DNA from: an uncultured cyanobacterium | GTDB lineage: Bacteria; Cyanobacteriota; Cyanobacteriia; Phormidesmidales; Phormidesmidaceae | NCBI GenBank assembly: GCA_963793265.1 | Contig: CAWBZI010000002.1 | Coordinates: 64,001-128,000, forward strand | Direction: 5' to 3' | DNA: 64,000 nucleotides | Part shown: in pieces, positions 18,900 through 29,488 of the stretch | Layout: each line of letters starts with the position of its first letter | Position numbering within the stretch: the first letter of the stretch is position 1 | Position numbers and translations under genes: made by a program | The notes under the pieces: generated by a model | What the model saw: the letters and a program-made list of their open reading frames with translations, nothing else | What the model was told of the DNA's origin: nothing | Databases searched by the model: none

Positions 18900-19092
18900 A
18901 TGGCCTATTCGAGCAGTCTGCCAGATTTGGAGTGGGAAGTTCTAGAACCGCTGCTGCCAAGCGTGTTGCCTCAGAAGAAGGTTACCGCCCCGACGAAGTA
19001 GAGTAAGCGCGACATCATAGATGGCTCTTCTACTAGCTGAAGAACGGCTGCAATTGGGAAGACCTGCCGGAAGACTTGCCACCGTATTCAGA
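18900..19092 (+). mobile_element. IS5-family transposase N-terminal remnant
   Basis: MAYSSSLPDLEWEVLEPLLP...*SKRDIIDG, then a frameshift to LKNGCNWEDLPEDLPPYS; stops and truncation. Confidence 0.8.
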
Positions 19093-19113
19093 GGCGAACG
19101 AGTTGATCCAAAT

Positions 19114-20013
19114 CTACGCTGCCGATGACTGGGCGGCTGATGACTGGGACAACCGCTGACTAATTTCGTTGATGCGAATTGTTTGCTGAAAGATCAGCGG
19201 CAGAGCATATATTCCTTCAGCGAATTCAAAAACGTAGGACAGCACAGCAAAGATGCCACCGGGTGTAGCGTTTTTGCCAGAGGCTGAGACAAACAAAGAG
19301 AACATTACCAACGCAAACAATAGCAGCTCGCTGAGTCCGAAGTTAACCGCTTCTAAGTTTGACAATTGAATACGGTGACCGGCTAGTCGCTGGAAATGAT
19401 TGAGAATCGTAGCGCTGGAGCCGGTTTCTATTACGCTAATCTGTTGCTCTAGCTCGTCATTGAGGTCGCGATTGAAGCGAAACGTCAGACGCTCGCTTTT
19501 TTGAAAGATGAAATAGACGCAGATCGCTGCTGATAAGCAGCCTGCGAATAAATAGCCGTTGTAAACCAACAGCATCAGTACCGCACCGATAACGCTAACA
19601 AACGCAGTAAAGCCTTGAGTGAGATGAACTTCAAAGAAGTCTATGAGTTCTTTGACGAGGCTGCTGCGCACGGAGATCGCAGATATCGGCGCGTTCAAAG
19701 CCGTCTGACGTTGAATCATATCAACCGCTGTCGCACTGTAGATTTTTGAATAGATACGGGTGTCGTATAGCCGTCGTCCAAATGATAGCAACAGCTTGGA
19801 GACATATAAAACAACTATCCAAATAGTCCCCCGCAGCGACTGCTCCAATAGATCGTTGATTGCCAAACCAAACGCGAACGGCTGCAAAACATTGAGCGCA
19901 TTTTCAATGAGTAATAGCCAAAAGGTTAACAGGAGTTGGCCTCGGAACCGTCGGAACATCTGTGCGAGGGAAAAAGGTGAGTTTTGAGAGGAACGGCTGC
20001 GGTCATTGAGCAT
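19114..20013 (-). CDS. Stand-alone ABC-exporter six-TM membrane domain protein
   Basis: PFAFGLAINDLL, RRLYDTR.YS.IY and LIDFFE motifs; no ATPase domain. The ATG at 20013 follows GGAGG and overlaps the devA-like stop; the ORF track start at 20142 lies inside devA. Confidence 0.75.
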   Translation of the reverse strand: MLNDRSRSSQNSPFSLAQMFRRFRGQLLLTFWLLLIENALNVLQPFAFGLAINDLLEQSLRGTIWIVVLYVSKLLLSFGRRLYDTRIYSKIYSATAVDMIQRQTALNAPISAISVRSSLVKELIDFFEVHLTQGFTAFVSVIGAVLMLLVYNGYLFAGCLSAAICVYFIFQKSERLTFRFNRDLNDELEQQISVIETGSSATILNHFQRLAGHRIQLSNLEAVNFGLSELLLFALVMFSLFVSASGKNATPGGIFAVLSYVFEFAEGIYALPLIFQQTIRINEISQRLSQSSAAQSSAA

Positions 20014-20752
20014 GAACTGGGCCTCCGGGCTGTGGCGGCTGAGTGAGGCGACCATCTTCCAAATAGACAATACGATCGGCGATATCAAGAATACGGTTGT
20101 CGTGGGTGACCAAGAGAATGGTGCAGTGCTGTTCTCTAGCAAGTTTTTGCATCAGTTCAACAACATCTCGGCCTGATTTTTTGTCCAGCGCGGCAGTGGG
20201 TTCGTCGGCGAGAAGGATTTTTGGATTGCTGACTAGGGCGCGAGCGATCGCAACCCGCTGCTTTTGTCCACCAGACAAACTCTCAGGATAGTAGTCAATC
20301 CGTTCGCCCAGTCCAACCTGATGGAGAATTGAGATCGCTCGTTGATCTAGATCTTCTGCAGTCACCTCGTCATGAAGCTCTAACGACATTCGCACATTCT
20401 GCTTTGCCGTTAGAAAGCTCATCAGGTTATGCGCCTGAAAAATATAGCCGATTTGCTTACGTAGTGCAGTCAGCTGCGGCTTCGTGGCACCTAGAATTTC
20501 TTTGTTCAAAATTTTTAAGCTGCCTTCTTGAGCTGAGCGCAAGCCGCCCATCAGCGTCAGCAGAGTTGTCTTACCCGAGCCAGAGGGCCCCGTCATAATC
20601 ACAATTTCCCCGGCTTCAATAGTCAGCGTGATGTTATGCAGAACCTGCTTTTTAAGTTCACCACTGCCAAAGCTATGGCTAAGCTGCGCGATAGAAATAA
20701 CTGACTGAGAGAGAGATTGAGGACTTTTGTGAGTAAGCGTAGTCGCGTTCAT
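20003..20752 (-). CDS. devA: DevA-family ABC exporter ATPase
   Basis: GPSGSGKTT, IGYIFQAHNL, LSGGQKQRVAIARAL and VTHDNRILD. Confidence 0.9.
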   Translation of the reverse strand: MNATTLTHKSPQSLSQSVISIAQLSHSFGSGELKKQVLHNITLTIEAGEIVIMTGPSGSGKTTLLTLMGGLRSAQEGSLKILNKEILGATKPQLTALRKQIGYIFQAHNLMSFLTAKQNVRMSLELHDEVTAEDLDQRAISILHQVGLGERIDYYPESLSGGQKQRVAIARALVSNPKILLADEPTAALDKKSGRDVVELMQKLAREQHCTILLVTHDNRILDIADRIVYLEDGRLTQPPQPGGPVHAQ

Positions 20753-20789
20753 AGTAAATTCAATCTGGAGTGTAGATTAGATTGATTCA

Positions 20790-21962
20790 TTAAAAAATGT
20801 CGGCAGGATCTGCCGAACGCAGTTTCCCCAGCGCAATCAAACCCGAACCGCTGCACATAACAAGTGTCAGAGAAAAAACAAAGACAGCTCTACCCGTTTT
20901 CATAACCACTGGTAGCGAGGTAGCCGCATAGGTGATTTGGTAGAGCCCAAGCGAGAGAACAAACCCTGGAATAAATCCTAAAACCGCGAGTACGAGAATT
21001 TCTTGAGCTAGAACGCTGGTGAGATAGCGATCGCTATAGCCCATCGCCTTGAGCGTTGCGTACTCAGGGAGATGATCGGAAACATCGGTATACAAGATCT
21101 GATAAACAATCACCGTACCGACAATAAAGCCGACCACAGCCCCTAAATTGAAGATGAATCCTGTACCGCCTTCTCCCCAGAACTTGCGTTCTAACGCAAT
21201 AAACTCAGCCTTAGTCAGCACTTTGACATCTGTGGTCAATCCTGTCTGAAGTTGGGCTTGAACTTCATGGACATCAACGCCAGAATTAAGTTGAATAATA
21301 CCGATATCTACTTGATTGGGCAAACGATCTGGGAAAAGAGTTAGAAAGCTAGAAACGCTAGTAATCAGATTGCCCTCTGCGCCAAACGATGCGCCTAGAG
21401 AGAACACGCCAACTGCCTCGAACTGTTTTCCGTCCACCTCTGTAGCAACTTTTCCCTGCTCTTTAATGAGGTTTGGAATCGGGCCAAATTTTTCATTCGA
21501 TAGCTGATCAAACAGTCCTCTGTTGAGAAGCTTGAGCTGTTTAAGCTGGTCTGAGTCCTGCAAAAAGGCAAAGGGTGGATGGCTCGGATCGATACCAAAA
21601 ATCTGAATCTCTCGGCTCAGGCGATTTTCTGGATTTCGCCATGCTCCCGTTCCGCTATACAACGCGCTGACAGTCGCAACCCCTTCGTACCCACTAGCCT
21701 GATAGAGCCGCTGGCGCGGGAAGCTGGGCATACCCAGGATGGATTTTGTCTGCGGATTTAGCAACACTAAATCCGTTTGGAGCAGACGATGGGGTTGCGT
21801 GGCACTGTCATAGAGGGCTTCGAGCATACCCATTTGAATGAACATTAAAATATCGGCGAAGGCAATGCCCGCTAGCGCTACGGCTAAGCGTGTCTTTTGC
21901 TTCATGATTTGGTGCCAGGCCAGCGGCGTCTTACGTCGAAAGCGCCTTAATATCGGGAGCAT
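20790..21962 (-). CDS. devC: DevC-family ABC exporter permease
   Basis: TPLAW..RLAVALAGIAFADILMFIQMG, YQILYTDVSDHLPEYATLKAMGY and ADPADIF. Confidence 0.92.
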   Translation of the reverse strand: MLPILRRFRRKTPLAWHQIMKQKTRLAVALAGIAFADILMFIQMGMLEALYDSATQPHRLLQTDLVLLNPQTKSILGMPSFPRQRLYQASGYEGVATVSALYSGTGAWRNPENRLSREIQIFGIDPSHPPFAFLQDSDQLKQLKLLNRGLFDQLSNEKFGPIPNLIKEQGKVATEVDGKQFEAVGVFSLGASFGAEGNLITSVSSFLTLFPDRLPNQVDIGIIQLNSGVDVHEVQAQLQTGLTTDVKVLTKAEFIALERKFWGEGGTGFIFNLGAVVGFIVGTVIVYQILYTDVSDHLPEYATLKAMGYSDRYLTSVLAQEILVLAVLGFIPGFVLSLGLYQITYAATSLPVVMKTGRAVFVFSLTLVMCSGSGLIALGKLRSADPADIF

Positions 21963-23140
21963 TACGGCACCTCAGTCACTTCTATTGCAGCTTCAACCTG
22001 AAGATTGCTAAGTTTAGCGACCTTTTGACTATCTTCCGCACTCAGCGCGATCCGAACTTCCACTACCCTGCTGTCTAGGTTGCTCCCTGGCTGATTGCTA
22101 AATACCGACTGCTTGCTGACTATCTGACCAATTTGTTCTACTGTACCTATCAGCTCGCTAGCAAAGGCATTGCCTGTAATAACAGCACTTTGACCTGTCT
22201 GAACCTGTTGAATATCTGATCCATCCACTTCTGCAACCACAACCATGCGCTGCGTTTGACCTAGTTCGGCAATGCCTTGACTGTCTACAGTCTCGCCGGG
22301 ATAGCTGTGAATTTTGAGTATCTGTCCAGCTATAGGGGCGCGAATCTGAGACTTTGATAGCTCGGTTCTGGCTACGGCTAACGCCTCTGCGGCGCTGTCA
22401 ACGTCCGCTTGAGCAACCGCAACATCTTCAGGGCGAATTTCTCTGAGCTGGTTCAAATTAGCTTGAGCAGAGGTAATCTGTGCCTGAAGGGCCTGTTGCG
22501 ATCTTCCTAACTCAGATGCAGCTTCTTCAACCTGAGCTTGCGCCGCGATCAGTGTCGTTTGTTTTTCATCGCGAGCAGAGGCTGAAACAGCACCTCGCTG
22601 ATATAGCTGCTCAAAGCGATCGAATTCTACCTGAGCGTTTTGCAGCTCGGCGCGAAGTCGAGTGAGTGTGGCGGACTGGGCCGAAACCGTGCCAGCCAAA
22701 TTAGCTTCTAGCTGCGTAATATCAGCTTCTTGAGCTGCAATAATTCCTTGCTTTTCGCCAGCTTGTACCAGTGCCAGCTTTTGTTGAGCGGCTCGCATCT
22801 GAGCTTCAGCTTGAGCAGCTAGCTGTTGCAGGCGAGTGCCGGAGTCCATGACTGCGATCACCTGCCCAGCGTCAACAGTCTCTCCTTCTGCAACTAAAAG
22901 TTCAGCAACGCGATCGCCATCCAGCGCTAGTGGCAAAGACAGGTTTACCACCCTTGAAGCAGGCTCTAGCCGACCTAGTGCGACAATCGTAGGCGGCAAC
23001 GTTTGAACAGCCATAGGCTTTGTCACTGAAGTCTCACGCAGCATCGGCACGACTGTGTACGTCGCAAGGCCACCTAAGACGGTGACAAGCAGTCCAAATC
23101 CTATTAACCATTCAGGTTTTGACCAGACTTTAATGGCCAT
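21962..23140 (-). CDS. devB: DevB/HlyD membrane fusion protein
   Basis: VALGRLEP, long coiled coil, IRAPIAGQILKI and DSRVVEVRI. Confidence 0.92.
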   Translation of the reverse strand: MAIKVWSKPEWLIGFGLLVTVLGGLATYTVVPMLRETSVTKPMAVQTLPPTIVALGRLEPASRVVNLSLPLALDGDRVAELLVAEGETVDAGQVIAVMDSGTRLQQLAAQAEAQMRAAQQKLALVQAGEKQGIIAAQEADITQLEANLAGTVSAQSATLTRLRAELQNAQVEFDRFEQLYQRGAVSASARDEKQTTLIAAQAQVEEAASELGRSQQALQAQITSAQANLNQLREIRPEDVAVAQADVDSAAEALAVARTELSKSQIRAPIAGQILKIHSYPGETVDSQGIAELGQTQRMVVVAEVDGSDIQQVQTGQSAVITGNAFASELIGTVEQIGQIVSKQSVFSNQPGSNLDSRVVEVRIALSAEDSQKVAKLSNLQVEAAIEVTEVP

Positions 23141-23150
23141 ACATACAAAG

Positions 23151-23168
23151 TGCGAACGTTCGTTCTCA
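23151..23168. promoter_or_regulatory. Putative TetR operator palindrome
   Basis: TGcGAACG-TT-CGTTCtCA in the 91-bp divergent gap between devB and tetR. Confidence 0.6.
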
Positions 23169-23231
23169 TAATAACATAAGGAGATGGATTGTCAAGCGCT
23201 ATGTTAGATTTACTCCCTGCCCAAGTGTTTT

Positions 23232-23831
23232 ATGTCTAGAACCCGAGACGAAGATAGTTTTCAGAAAAAACGCCAGGAAATTCTAGAGGTCGCCTCTCGG
23301 TGCTTCATCGAGTCTGGATTTCATGGCACTGGCATGGCCAAGATTTGTAAGGCGGCTGGGATGAGTCCTGGGGCGCTGTATCGCTACTTTCCTTCTAAAG
23401 AATCAATGATTGAAGCAGTTGTAGAGAAGGATCGCGCGGATGCGGCTTTATTCATAACAGAGTTAATGCAGGCCGAAAATAAAGCATTGGCCTTGGCTTC
23501 GCTGATGGCAAAGGTCATTTTATTTCTCTCTAAAGATCGCAGCTACTGCCAGCTTGCGGTAGAAATTTCAGCGGAGGTAGCGCGGAATGAGGCGATCGCA
23601 AAGTTGTATGCAGGAACCGACGCCGCACTTATTGCTGCACTGATCACAGCGGTGAAGCAGGGTCAGACGGCAGGGCAAATCGACAAAAAACTAAAGCCTG
23701 AAGTAACGGCACAGCTTTTTATAGTGATGATAGATGGTTTTATTGGGCGGCTGGCTATTGAAGCGGGCTGGGATGTAGAGGCGATCTCGAAACAAGCAGA
23801 AGCGGCTGTCTTCAAGCTGTTATCTCCATAA
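23232..23831 (+). CDS. TetR/AcrR-family regulator
   Basis: GFHGTGMAKICKAAGMSPGALYRYFPSKE HTH; divergent from devBCA. Confidence 0.92.
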   Translation: MSRTRDEDSFQKKRQEILEVASRCFIESGFHGTGMAKICKAAGMSPGALYRYFPSKESMIEAVVEKDRADAALFITELMQAENKALALASLMAKVILFLSKDRSYCQLAVEISAEVARNEAIAKLYAGTDAALIAALITAVKQGQTAGQIDKKLKPEVTAQLFIVMIDGFIGRLAIEAGWDVEAISKQAEAAVFKLLSP

Positions 23832-24019
23832 AGTAGTCATTCGACTGCTGTTCCATATGTCTCAAATTTCAGACTTTTTGAACCATAGAAAAGTAGTGTT
23901 TCTTTTGATGTCTCAAACTAACGTTCTCAAAGACCCTAGAGCATATGAGATAGTGCGCTTCTCTCAAAATGACCGTTAGCTATCTACGGATTGGCTATGA
24001 ACACGAGTAGCGAGGAGCT

Positions 24020-25501
24020 TTATATTGAAGGACGATAAGAGCCTTTCACCACGTCATCTATCTGCTGAGCGATCGCAATCAGCTCTATCTCTTTCCACCG
24101 CTTCCCTACGATCTGTAACCCCATCGGTAGTCCCTCAGCCGTTAGTCCTGCCGGAATGACAACCGCTGGGTGCCCACTCAAGTTGAAAGGCATTGCATAC
24201 GCGCCATTCGCGACTGCATAGGGATAGTCCGCCCCATCAATATTAATAGCTGTCCAGGAAGGACGATGCTTGAAGGCAGCGGTTGCAGCGACAGGCATGA
24301 TCCAAACATCCCAGGGGGCGAGAGCTTCGTCCATATAAGCGGTGAACTGATCGCGCTCTGTGAGTGCTTCAAAGTATCCTCTTAGGCTTGGACGTAGAAG
24401 CTCAGGTAGTACCTGACTGAAGTCGCCAAGCTGCCGTAATGCTTTGTCTCCCTGCGTAGCCGTTCTGAAGATCTGTGCGAGGCCAGTTTTAATAGTGTGC
24501 TTGTTTCTTGGCAGCGAACAGGTGCTGACGTACGCGGCTATGCGCATGTACAGGTTCAAGACCTTAGAAATATCAAACCCTTCTGGGCTCCATCTTTCAA
24601 GTTGAACATCGTAGCTAGAAAGCTGGTGCACGATAGCTTGAATCCGTTCGCGCAGAGGTGATGCAACTGGGACTTGCGGCCACTCATCTATCCAAGCGAT
24701 GTTCAGCGCTGATAAAGGCTTACCTGATGGCGTATCTAACGGAACAGGTGGCACGTCGGGCCTACGAGGGTCTGCGCCTGCGATCACAGAAAAAGATAGC
24801 TGAATATCTTCTAACGAGCTTGCTAAGCAGCCGACTGTCATCATCTGCCTTAAGCAAGTTGGCATCCCAGGCACCTCTGGGATGGTGCCTGCTAGCGAGA
24901 TTCTTCGGTCTGTAGGCTTCAAACCATAGACGCCACAGAAATGCGCAGGCTGTCGAATAGAGCCTGCAAAATCGTTACCGAAGTCTAACGGAGATAGCCC
25001 TGCGCTGACCGCCGCTGCGCTACCGCCAGAACTTCCACCAGGCGTATAGTCACCGTTCCAAGGATTGTTCACCGTTGGAAAAAGAGAATTACTACTTTGA
25101 TAGTCGCCTGCTAGCTCTGCCATATTAGACTTACCCAGCACGATTGCGCCTGCACTGCGCAATCTCGAAACAACCGTAGCGTCTTGCTTCGGCACATAGT
25201 CTTTCAACGGTATGTATCCCGCAGTTGTCCTAAGACCGGCTGTCTCAAACATATCTTTGAGCGTGATAGGGACACCATGTAGCACGCCCCAGCTCTCTCC
25301 TTTGCCGGTCGCCACGTCAGCTTCTTTTGCTTTCTCCAACGCACCTTCTGAATCTAGAGTGCAGATTGCATTCAGCGCAGGGTTATGTTTTTCAATCTTG
25401 TTTAGGTAAGCCGTGACGACCTCCGTAGAATCAAGCTCGCGATCTCGTATTTTCCTCGCCAGTTCGGACGCAGATAGAAAAGTGATATCAGCCATACGCA
25501 A
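24020..25501 (-). CDS. Amidase-signature family amidase (cytoplasmic)
   Basis: LHGVPITLKD, TPGGSSGGS, GNDFAGSIRQPA and GLPMGLQ. Confidence 0.93.
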   Translation of the reverse strand: MRMADITFLSASELARKIRDRELDSTEVVTAYLNKIEKHNPALNAICTLDSEGALEKAKEADVATGKGESWGVLHGVPITLKDMFETAGLRTTAGYIPLKDYVPKQDATVVSRLRSAGAIVLGKSNMAELAGDYQSSNSLFPTVNNPWNGDYTPGGSSGGSAAAVSAGLSPLDFGNDFAGSIRQPAHFCGVYGLKPTDRRISLAGTIPEVPGMPTCLRQMMTVGCLASSLEDIQLSFSVIAGADPRRPDVPPVPLDTPSGKPLSALNIAWIDEWPQVPVASPLRERIQAIVHQLSSYDVQLERWSPEGFDISKVLNLYMRIAAYVSTCSLPRNKHTIKTGLAQIFRTATQGDKALRQLGDFSQVLPELLRPSLRGYFEALTERDQFTAYMDEALAPWDVWIMPVAATAAFKHRPSWTAINIDGADYPYAVANGAYAMPFNLSGHPAVVIPAGLTAEGLPMGLQIVGKRWKEIELIAIAQQIDDVVKGSYRPSI

Positions 25502-25551
25502 CTACCTCTAAGAGTAGGCTCGTAAGTTGTTAAGCTCAATCATAAGCGCTT

Positions 25552-25572
25552 TTAGTTAATAGTGTTAACTAA
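25552..25572. promoter_or_regulatory. Putative TetR operator palindrome
   Basis: Perfect TTAGTTAA-N5-TTAACTAA immediately upstream of tetR and divergent from the amidase. Confidence 0.7.
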
Positions 25573-25578
25573 CTTGAT

Positions 25579-26175
25579 ATGGGCCGACCTAAGAAGGAAA
25601 ATTCGCTGACGCCGCAAGCTGTTGTGATAGCTGCGATCGCCTGCATTGATAAAGAAGGCGTAGGTGCGCTAGGCGTGAACCGAGTCGCCCGCGAGCTGGG
25701 CATCAAGCCCCCGGCTATCTATAAGCATGTGAAAGGAAATGCAGGACTAAAAAGAGCGGTGGCGATCGCTATTTGGAAAGACTATCTTGACTACTTCGAC
25801 GACCAAACCGCAGCCGTTACCGATCTCAGCTCGATGATGTTTTTAGGCGCACAGGCGACACGTCGCTATGCCAAGCAGCACTTTGCTCGCTACAGCGTCA
25901 TGATGGGCTATCGGATGAAACCAACCGACTCTGAAGAAGCCACTATTATTGAGCGATCGCTACAGCCCTTTCGCGTCTGCCTCAGTTCTGAAGACTACGC
26001 TGAAAGTACGCTGATCGACATTATGCGTATGGTCAACGCAGCTATCTATGGTTTCATTATGAGAGAGCAAATGGACTTGATGACGCTGAAGCGGTCTGCC
26101 GATGAGAGCTATGACGTGATGTTGAAGTTGTTGCTTATAGCCATTCAACATATAGATAATCTAAAGGAAGACTAG
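25579..26175 (+). CDS. TetR-family regulator
   Basis: MGRPKK..., GVNRVARELGIKPPAIYKH HTH. Confidence 0.9.
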   Translation: MGRPKKENSLTPQAVVIAAIACIDKEGVGALGVNRVARELGIKPPAIYKHVKGNAGLKRAVAIAIWKDYLDYFDDQTAAVTDLSSMMFLGAQATRRYAKQHFARYSVMMGYRMKPTDSEEATIIERSLQPFRVCLSSEDYAESTLIDIMRMVNAAIYGFIMREQMDLMTLKRSADESYDVMLKLLLIAIQHIDNLKED

Positions 26176-26318
26176 CCGTAGGTGTCCTATTCTATTTTGG
26201 TGCAGCCTAGTTGCCCAGGGGCACAACCATTCAAAGATAGCCCTATAGCCCTAATGCTACTAACCCTATACTCAAACAAGCTGCTTCAACCTTAACTGTC
26301 TGGTGGAGAACCCTCCTT

Positions 26319-26651
26319 ATGCCCGAAGAACTTGTTCCGGTCTTTCGCGTTGCGAATGCACATGAAACTGCAAAATGGTACGCTCGGCTTGGGTTTATCA
26401 TTGAGGGTGAACACCGATTCGCTTCGGAGCTGCCGCTATATCTGCTGCTTCGTCGTGGTTCAAATGCACTTCATCTGTCTGAACATGAAGGCGACGCTCG
26501 ACCCAACACGCTCGTATATCTATACGTCAATAATATTGATGAAATTGCTGCCGAGTTCAGCGTTGAAATTAAGGATCAACCGTGGGCACGCGAAGTGTCG
26601 CTGACCGATCCTGATGGCAATCGATTGCGCATTGGACAGTTGAAGGACTGA
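26319..26651 (+). CDS. VOC/glyoxalase (bleomycin-resistance-like) protein
   Basis: PVFRV..WYARLGF, LHLSEH and QPWAREV..TDPDGNRLRI. Confidence 0.88.
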   Translation: MPEELVPVFRVANAHETAKWYARLGFIIEGEHRFASELPLYLLLRRGSNALHLSEHEGDARPNTLVYLYVNNIDEIAAEFSVEIKDQPWAREVSLTDPDGNRLRIGQLKD

Positions 26652-26816
26652 CTAATTGCTGGATATGCATCGGGGGTTTTATCTACTCTTATTGTCCCAA
26701 TGCATAAGGCAACGATTTAAGGTGATGACTTCAGCATGTGACAGTTGCTTTACCTGAACCAAACTTGGCTGCTACACCAGCACCAAAGCTGACAGCTCAC
26801 ATACAATGCAGCCATA

Positions 26817-27221
26817 ATGATTGGAGAAAAACCGATGCCCTTAACCTCTATCAGGCGCAGCCTTGGCTTTGGTTGGTTCTGTCTACTCTCAATGCTGATA
26901 GCAGGTGTCATCGTCTCAATGGACTACGAAATTGGAAGCTTGAAAAGCGCTCTAACCACTCACTTTGGGTCTACGGTCATGGTAGCGACTGCTATCGCGC
27001 TGATAGCAGTATGGCCGCTTATGGTATTCAAGAGAAAGCGGTGGATGCGTGGACTGCTTACTGCTTTCGGGATGGGAATCATTTCTCATATGGTGCTACA
27101 GATATGGGCCGCCTCATCATCATTACCAACTATCCAAGAGTCTCTATTATTTGTCGTCGTAGCAGGTACCTGTTGGATTCTGATCGCTCTACCGTCAGCA
27201 CTATTTCTCAGTAGACCCTAA
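26817..27221 (+). CDS. Hypothetical membrane protein (about 4 TM)
   Basis: Four hydrophobic segments; preferred over the overlapping frame at 26738. Confidence 0.55.
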   Translation: MIGEKPMPLTSIRRSLGFGWFCLLSMLIAGVIVSMDYEIGSLKSALTTHFGSTVMVATAIALIAVWPLMVFKRKRWMRGLLTAFGMGIISHMVLQIWAASSSLPTIQESLLFVVVAGTCWILIALPSALFLSRP

Positions 27222-27284
27222 TGCAGTCTCACCAGACTCAAAATGTTGACTTGTTTCTCTTTATTCTAAGGAAAAATAGCGCCG

Positions 27285-27557
27285 ATGATAGTACGACCTT
27301 CTGCTACGACGAAATCGTTCATGCTTAGTGCTGCTAGTCTAACCGTTGCGGTGTTCTCGGTGCTGATAGGTCAGCAAGTAGATTACTTGAGCTACCTAGC
27401 ACTGTTTAATAGTATGGCTCTATTGATGCTGTCGTTTGCAATCGCAGCACTTCTGCTGAGCATTATCGGTATATGGCGACAGCCAGAAAACAACCTATGG
27501 GGCTGGTCAGCTAGCGGGTTAGCGCTCTGCGTACTGCTTCTGTATGTATTCGACTAA
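27285..27557 (+). CDS. Small hypothetical membrane protein (about 3 TM)
   Basis: Three hydrophobic segments; AAGGA upstream. Confidence 0.55.
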   Translation: MIVRPSATTKSFMLSAASLTVAVFSVLIGQQVDYLSYLALFNSMALLMLSFAIAALLLSIIGIWRQPENNLWGWSASGLALCVLLLYVFD

Positions 27558-27988
27558 GCTGCAATAACTCAATCAGCCTGTTAGCGAGGATGACTTAGCC
27601 TTTAGCTGTGAAGCCACCTGCTAATAGTAAATAGAGCGCTCATAAGCTTCTTGGTAAAGGTGCGAAACTGGCGCACTAGCTCTTCAGGTTTCTCAGGTTT
27701 CTGTTGCGAGGAGAACTAGCCAGGGCGAGGTCGCTATCGATGTACGACGCTAAACAAGTCCCTTCTATCTCAGAACTGTTGATGCCTTGGCCGCTATCAA
27801 TGTATTGCTGCACCGTATTGCTGCACCAAAAAGGGAGGCAGCTCAGTCACGCAGGCACCTGCTAAAGCAAGGTCTAATAGCTAACATATTGGAACCTATT
27901 CCTCCACAAACAAATCCGACTTTTGCCTCATTTCATAGCCATTGCCGTCAGAATAGGTAAACAAGCCGACCTATAAGGACAAACCAGA

Positions 27989-29416
27989 ATGACGCTAGAA
28001 CCTGCTGAGATAGCTGCTCAAAACAATGCTTTATCTGGGAAGCTGAGCGATCGCACCATCGACGGCCCTAAAGCGAAAGGACTGCGCCGCTTGCTGCGAG
28101 TGCTCTACCTTATTTTGCAGCCGACAAACTACATGGACGACAACGTTCGGCGGTATGGCCCAACGTTCCAAATTGGCGCTGATAGCGAGTCGCCGCTGGT
28201 GTATGTGGGCGATCCAGAGATGGTACGAGAGATTTTTACGCTAGATGCTAGCACCGCTGAAACGGGAAGTCGCAACCGGGTGCTTCAGCCGATGGTAGGC
28301 GATCGCTCTATTCTGCTGCTAGATGGCGATCCTCACCGCAAGCAGCGTAAGCTGCTAATGCCCCCTTTTCATGGCGATCGCCTGCGCGCTTATGGCGAGC
28401 TAATTTGTGAGATCACTCGCCAGGTGAGCGCCGATTGGCGAGTAGGGCAATCAGTTGTAGCGCGGCCTCCAATCCAGTCGTTGACGCTGGGCGTGATATT
28501 ACAGGCTGTTTTCGGCTTAAGAGAAGGGCCAAGGCTTTCTAAACTACAGCAGCAAATGGGTACTTTGCTAGACTTCTTTTCATATCCGATTAGCGCTAGC
28601 TTCTTGTTCTTCCCAGCGCTACAAAAAGATTGGAGACTTTGGAGCCCGTGGACAAAGTTCACTCATCTACGAGAAGAGGTGCGTACGCTACTCTACGCCG
28701 AGATTCGAGAGCGACGTCTGTCTCTTCAAAGCGCAGATGGCACTCAAACAAAAAGGACTGACATTCTCACGCTCTTGCTTCAATCAAGAGATGAACATGG
28801 CGAAGCGATGAGTGATGAAGAACTTCATGATGAGCTGGTCACGCTACTGCTAGCTGGGCATGAAACTACCGCATCTGCCATCGTTTGGGCGCTCTATTGG
28901 ATTCACTACCTGCCAGAGGTTCACAGTAAGCTACGCGCTGAACTAACCGCGCTTGGCCCTAATTCTGAACCGGTAGCGATTCTCCAGCTTCCCTACCTGA
29001 ATGCGCTATGCCTGGAAACCCTACGCATATATCCAATTACGCCAACGACATTTGTGCGGGTGTTGCGATCGCCGCGTACCATTGCCGGTCATCACTTCAA
29101 AGCTGGGACGGCCTTAATGCCTGCAACCTACATTATTCATCAACGCCCAGACATCTACCCAGCACCTAAACAATTTCGCCCCGAGCGGTTTCTAGAACGC
29201 CAGTTTGCCCCTCATGAGTTCCTGCCTTTTGGCGGCGGTCATCGCCGCTGTATCGGCTCGGCCCTAGCGATGATGGAACTCAAGCTCAGCGTCGCTACGC
29301 TGCTACAGGACTTCGAGTTAGCGCTCGTACGACCTCGCTCGCTACGGCCTGCTCGCCGAGGACTGACCATGGCCCCACCTGCTGCTATGACGTTCAAAGT
29401 GCGAAGGCACAAGTGA
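27989..29416 (+). CDS. Cytochrome P450 (CYP110-like)
   Basis: LLAGHETT, ETLR, PERF and FGGGHRRCIG heme motif. Confidence 0.95.
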   Translation: MTLEPAEIAAQNNALSGKLSDRTIDGPKAKGLRRLLRVLYLILQPTNYMDDNVRRYGPTFQIGADSESPLVYVGDPEMVREIFTLDASTAETGSRNRVLQPMVGDRSILLLDGDPHRKQRKLLMPPFHGDRLRAYGELICEITRQVSADWRVGQSVVARPPIQSLTLGVILQAVFGLREGPRLSKLQQQMGTLLDFFSYPISASFLFFPALQKDWRLWSPWTKFTHLREEVRTLLYAEIRERRLSLQSADGTQTKRTDILTLLLQSRDEHGEAMSDEELHDELVTLLLAGHETTASAIVWALYWIHYLPEVHSKLRAELTALGPNSEPVAILQLPYLNALCLETLRIYPITPTTFVRVLRSPRTIAGHHFKAGTALMPATYIIHQRPDIYPAPKQFRPERFLERQFAPHEFLPFGGGHRRCIGSALAMMELKLSVATLLQDFELALVRPRSLRPARRGLTMAPPAAMTFKVRRHK

Positions 29417-29488
29417 ATGACAGCGCTCGACTAATACCGGAAGATAATTAGGCGGCTAAGCCTTAATATTTCTTATTGACTGAAAGGG

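Noticed and set aside
27560..27985. Possible riboswitch upstream of the P450
   Set aside because: Only short hairpins and tandem duplications; no cobalamin, c-di-GMP, glycine or SAM consensus that I could match.
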